25,399 nucleotides of DNA from a virus (taxonomy: Duplodnaviria > Caudoviricetes). The stretch lies in the IMG/VR virus record IMGVR_UViG_3300017766_000636, positions 1 through 25,399 of that record; one strand, given 5' to 3'. The notes under the pieces were generated by a model that did no database searches, was not told the origin of the DNA, and saw only the letters and a program-made list of their open reading frames with translations. Shown here piece by piece: positions 24,381 to 25,399 of this stretch (the first letter of the stretch is position 1; every line of letters starts with the position of its first letter). Made by a program: the position numbers and the translations under genes.

Positions 24381-25025
24381 TTAGACTAATTTCGCAAAAC
24401 GCTTTGGGTATGCAAATTCTTTTCCATCGCGCTCAAAGACGACGTGCAAGATATGCTGTCCGTTGACGCTTGAACCGACGCCTCGCGCCACCCGATATTC
24501 GATTTTAGTTACTGTTACCGCAGAGCCGTATACTTTAACAATAGAGCCGACAGTTACCCCGACTTCGTCCAGCTTGATTTCAGTCAGGGGCTTGCCGTGG
24601 TACTTGTTAGCTACCGCTTCCAAGTGCTTGGCAAAGTCCTCACCAGCATTGATGCGGTGGGCAATGGCACGCTTCAGACTTTCTACCGCTTGTGCTTGGT
24701 CGCACAAGGTGGCATCGGAAAACTTAATCTCAGTTTGATTCTTGCCGTATCCCTTGACGACTGTCTTTGGCGTTACCTTGCCAGACGCTACAGCCTCAAG
24801 CTCAACTCGCAACGCTGCAACCGATTCACGAACCGACTCGACAATCCGGTCAGTCTGCACTCGGCTTACTTGGACTGGCTCGTAGTGTTGGCCAGAGCAG
24901 ACGCCGTTGAACCAGCCGTTGTTCACGGTGTAGCCGTGCTGACTCATAAAGCCGCGCACGACGGCCTGGTCGTTACCGCAGCACTGGCAGTTACCGCGAA
25001 TCTGGATTCTAGAAGATGTGGTCAT
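24381..25025 (-). CDS. Hypothetical early protein with putative N-terminal Zn-binding motif (214 aa)
   Basis: GNCQCCG..HGY..GVCSG Cys/His cluster; first gene after P3; GGAG RBS. Confidence 0.75.
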   Translation of the reverse strand: MTTSSRIQIRGNCQCCGNDQAVVRGFMSQHGYTVNNGWFNGVCSGQHYEPVQVSRVQTDRIVESVRESVAALRVELEAVASGKVTPKTVVKGYGKNQTEIKFSDATLCDQAQAVESLKRAIAHRINAGEDFAKHLEAVANKYHGKPLTEIKLDEVGVTVGSIVKVYGSAVTVTKIEYRVARGVGSSVNGQHILHVVFERDGKEFAYPKRFAKLV

Positions 25026-25070
25026 TTTGTTGTAGCTCCAAGTTATAAGTTATCCGGTTTTAATCAACCG

Positions 25071-25128
25071 TGGAATGAATTATAGGGCCAATGAATTCGA
25101 AAGGCAAGCGTTTTTCAAAATTATTTTT
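25071..25128 (-). promoter_or_regulatory. Sigma70-like early promoter P3 with UP-like element
   Basis: Minus strand AAAAATAATTTTGAAAAACGC-TTGCCT-N17-TATAAT-TCATTCCA. Confidence 0.88.
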
Positions 25129-25399
25129 AATAATTTTGCTTGATCTCGATCTCGATTGATTCCACCAGTTTTGCAGCGCCATTTAATGCGGCCTCATAAG
25201 CTGCCGAACCCTTGCGACCAGACTGCTTGGCAACAATCTCGATCACGATGTCCTTGGCGCGACCTTGTGGTACGTAGCCGTTGCGGTAGTTCTGAGCAAT
25301 GCTGTAGCAGAAGTCGCCACCAGCAGCATCCAGAACGCTGACTACCGGGGCAACGATGGCATTGGTACGCGCCAACTGCTCCTTACGTGCTGCGTATGC
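25127..25399 (-). CDS. Hypothetical protein, probably 5'-truncated by the window edge
   Basis: Reading frame stays open to position 25399; the TTG at 25375 is an alternative start. Confidence 0.6.
   Translation of the reverse strand, partial: AYAARKEQLARTNAIVAPVVSVLDAAGGDFCYSIAQNYRNGYVPQGRAKDIVIEIVAKQSGRKGSAAYEAALNGAAKLVESIEIEIKQNY

Noticed and set aside
24597-25085. 162-aa + strand ORF in the early region
   Set aside because: Antisense to the 214-aa gene and runs into promoter P3; no supporting signals.

Overview
This window is a 25.4-kb segment of a tailed dsDNA bacteriophage genome with two convergent arms. The + arm (27-10868) carries podovirus-type virion genes: a tail/fibre-like protein, a tail nozzle/stabilisation-type protein and four large Gly/Ala/Gln-rich internal (ejection-type) proteins. 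The - arm (11000-25399) reads in transcription order: small early genes including a SleB-like cell-wall hydrolase, then a compact thymidine-hypermodification cluster. That cluster comprises a PLP enzyme, amino-acid:DNA transferase, P-loop kinase, 5-hmdU DNA kinase, dUMP hydroxymethylase, HD nucleotidase and a DUF3310 protein. It is followed by a compact family B DNA polymerase, a Sak4-like ATPase/DUF669 SSB/Cas4-like exonuclease recombination module and a RuvC-like resolvase. Non-coding signals read directly from the sequence are three copies of a TTGCCT-N17/18-TATAAT promoter, a recurrent (A)TAACT box in front of many minus-arm ribosome-binding sites, and a densely structured 130-bp convergent junction with pseudoknot topology. 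All protein calls come from motif recognition by eye; no database search was run.
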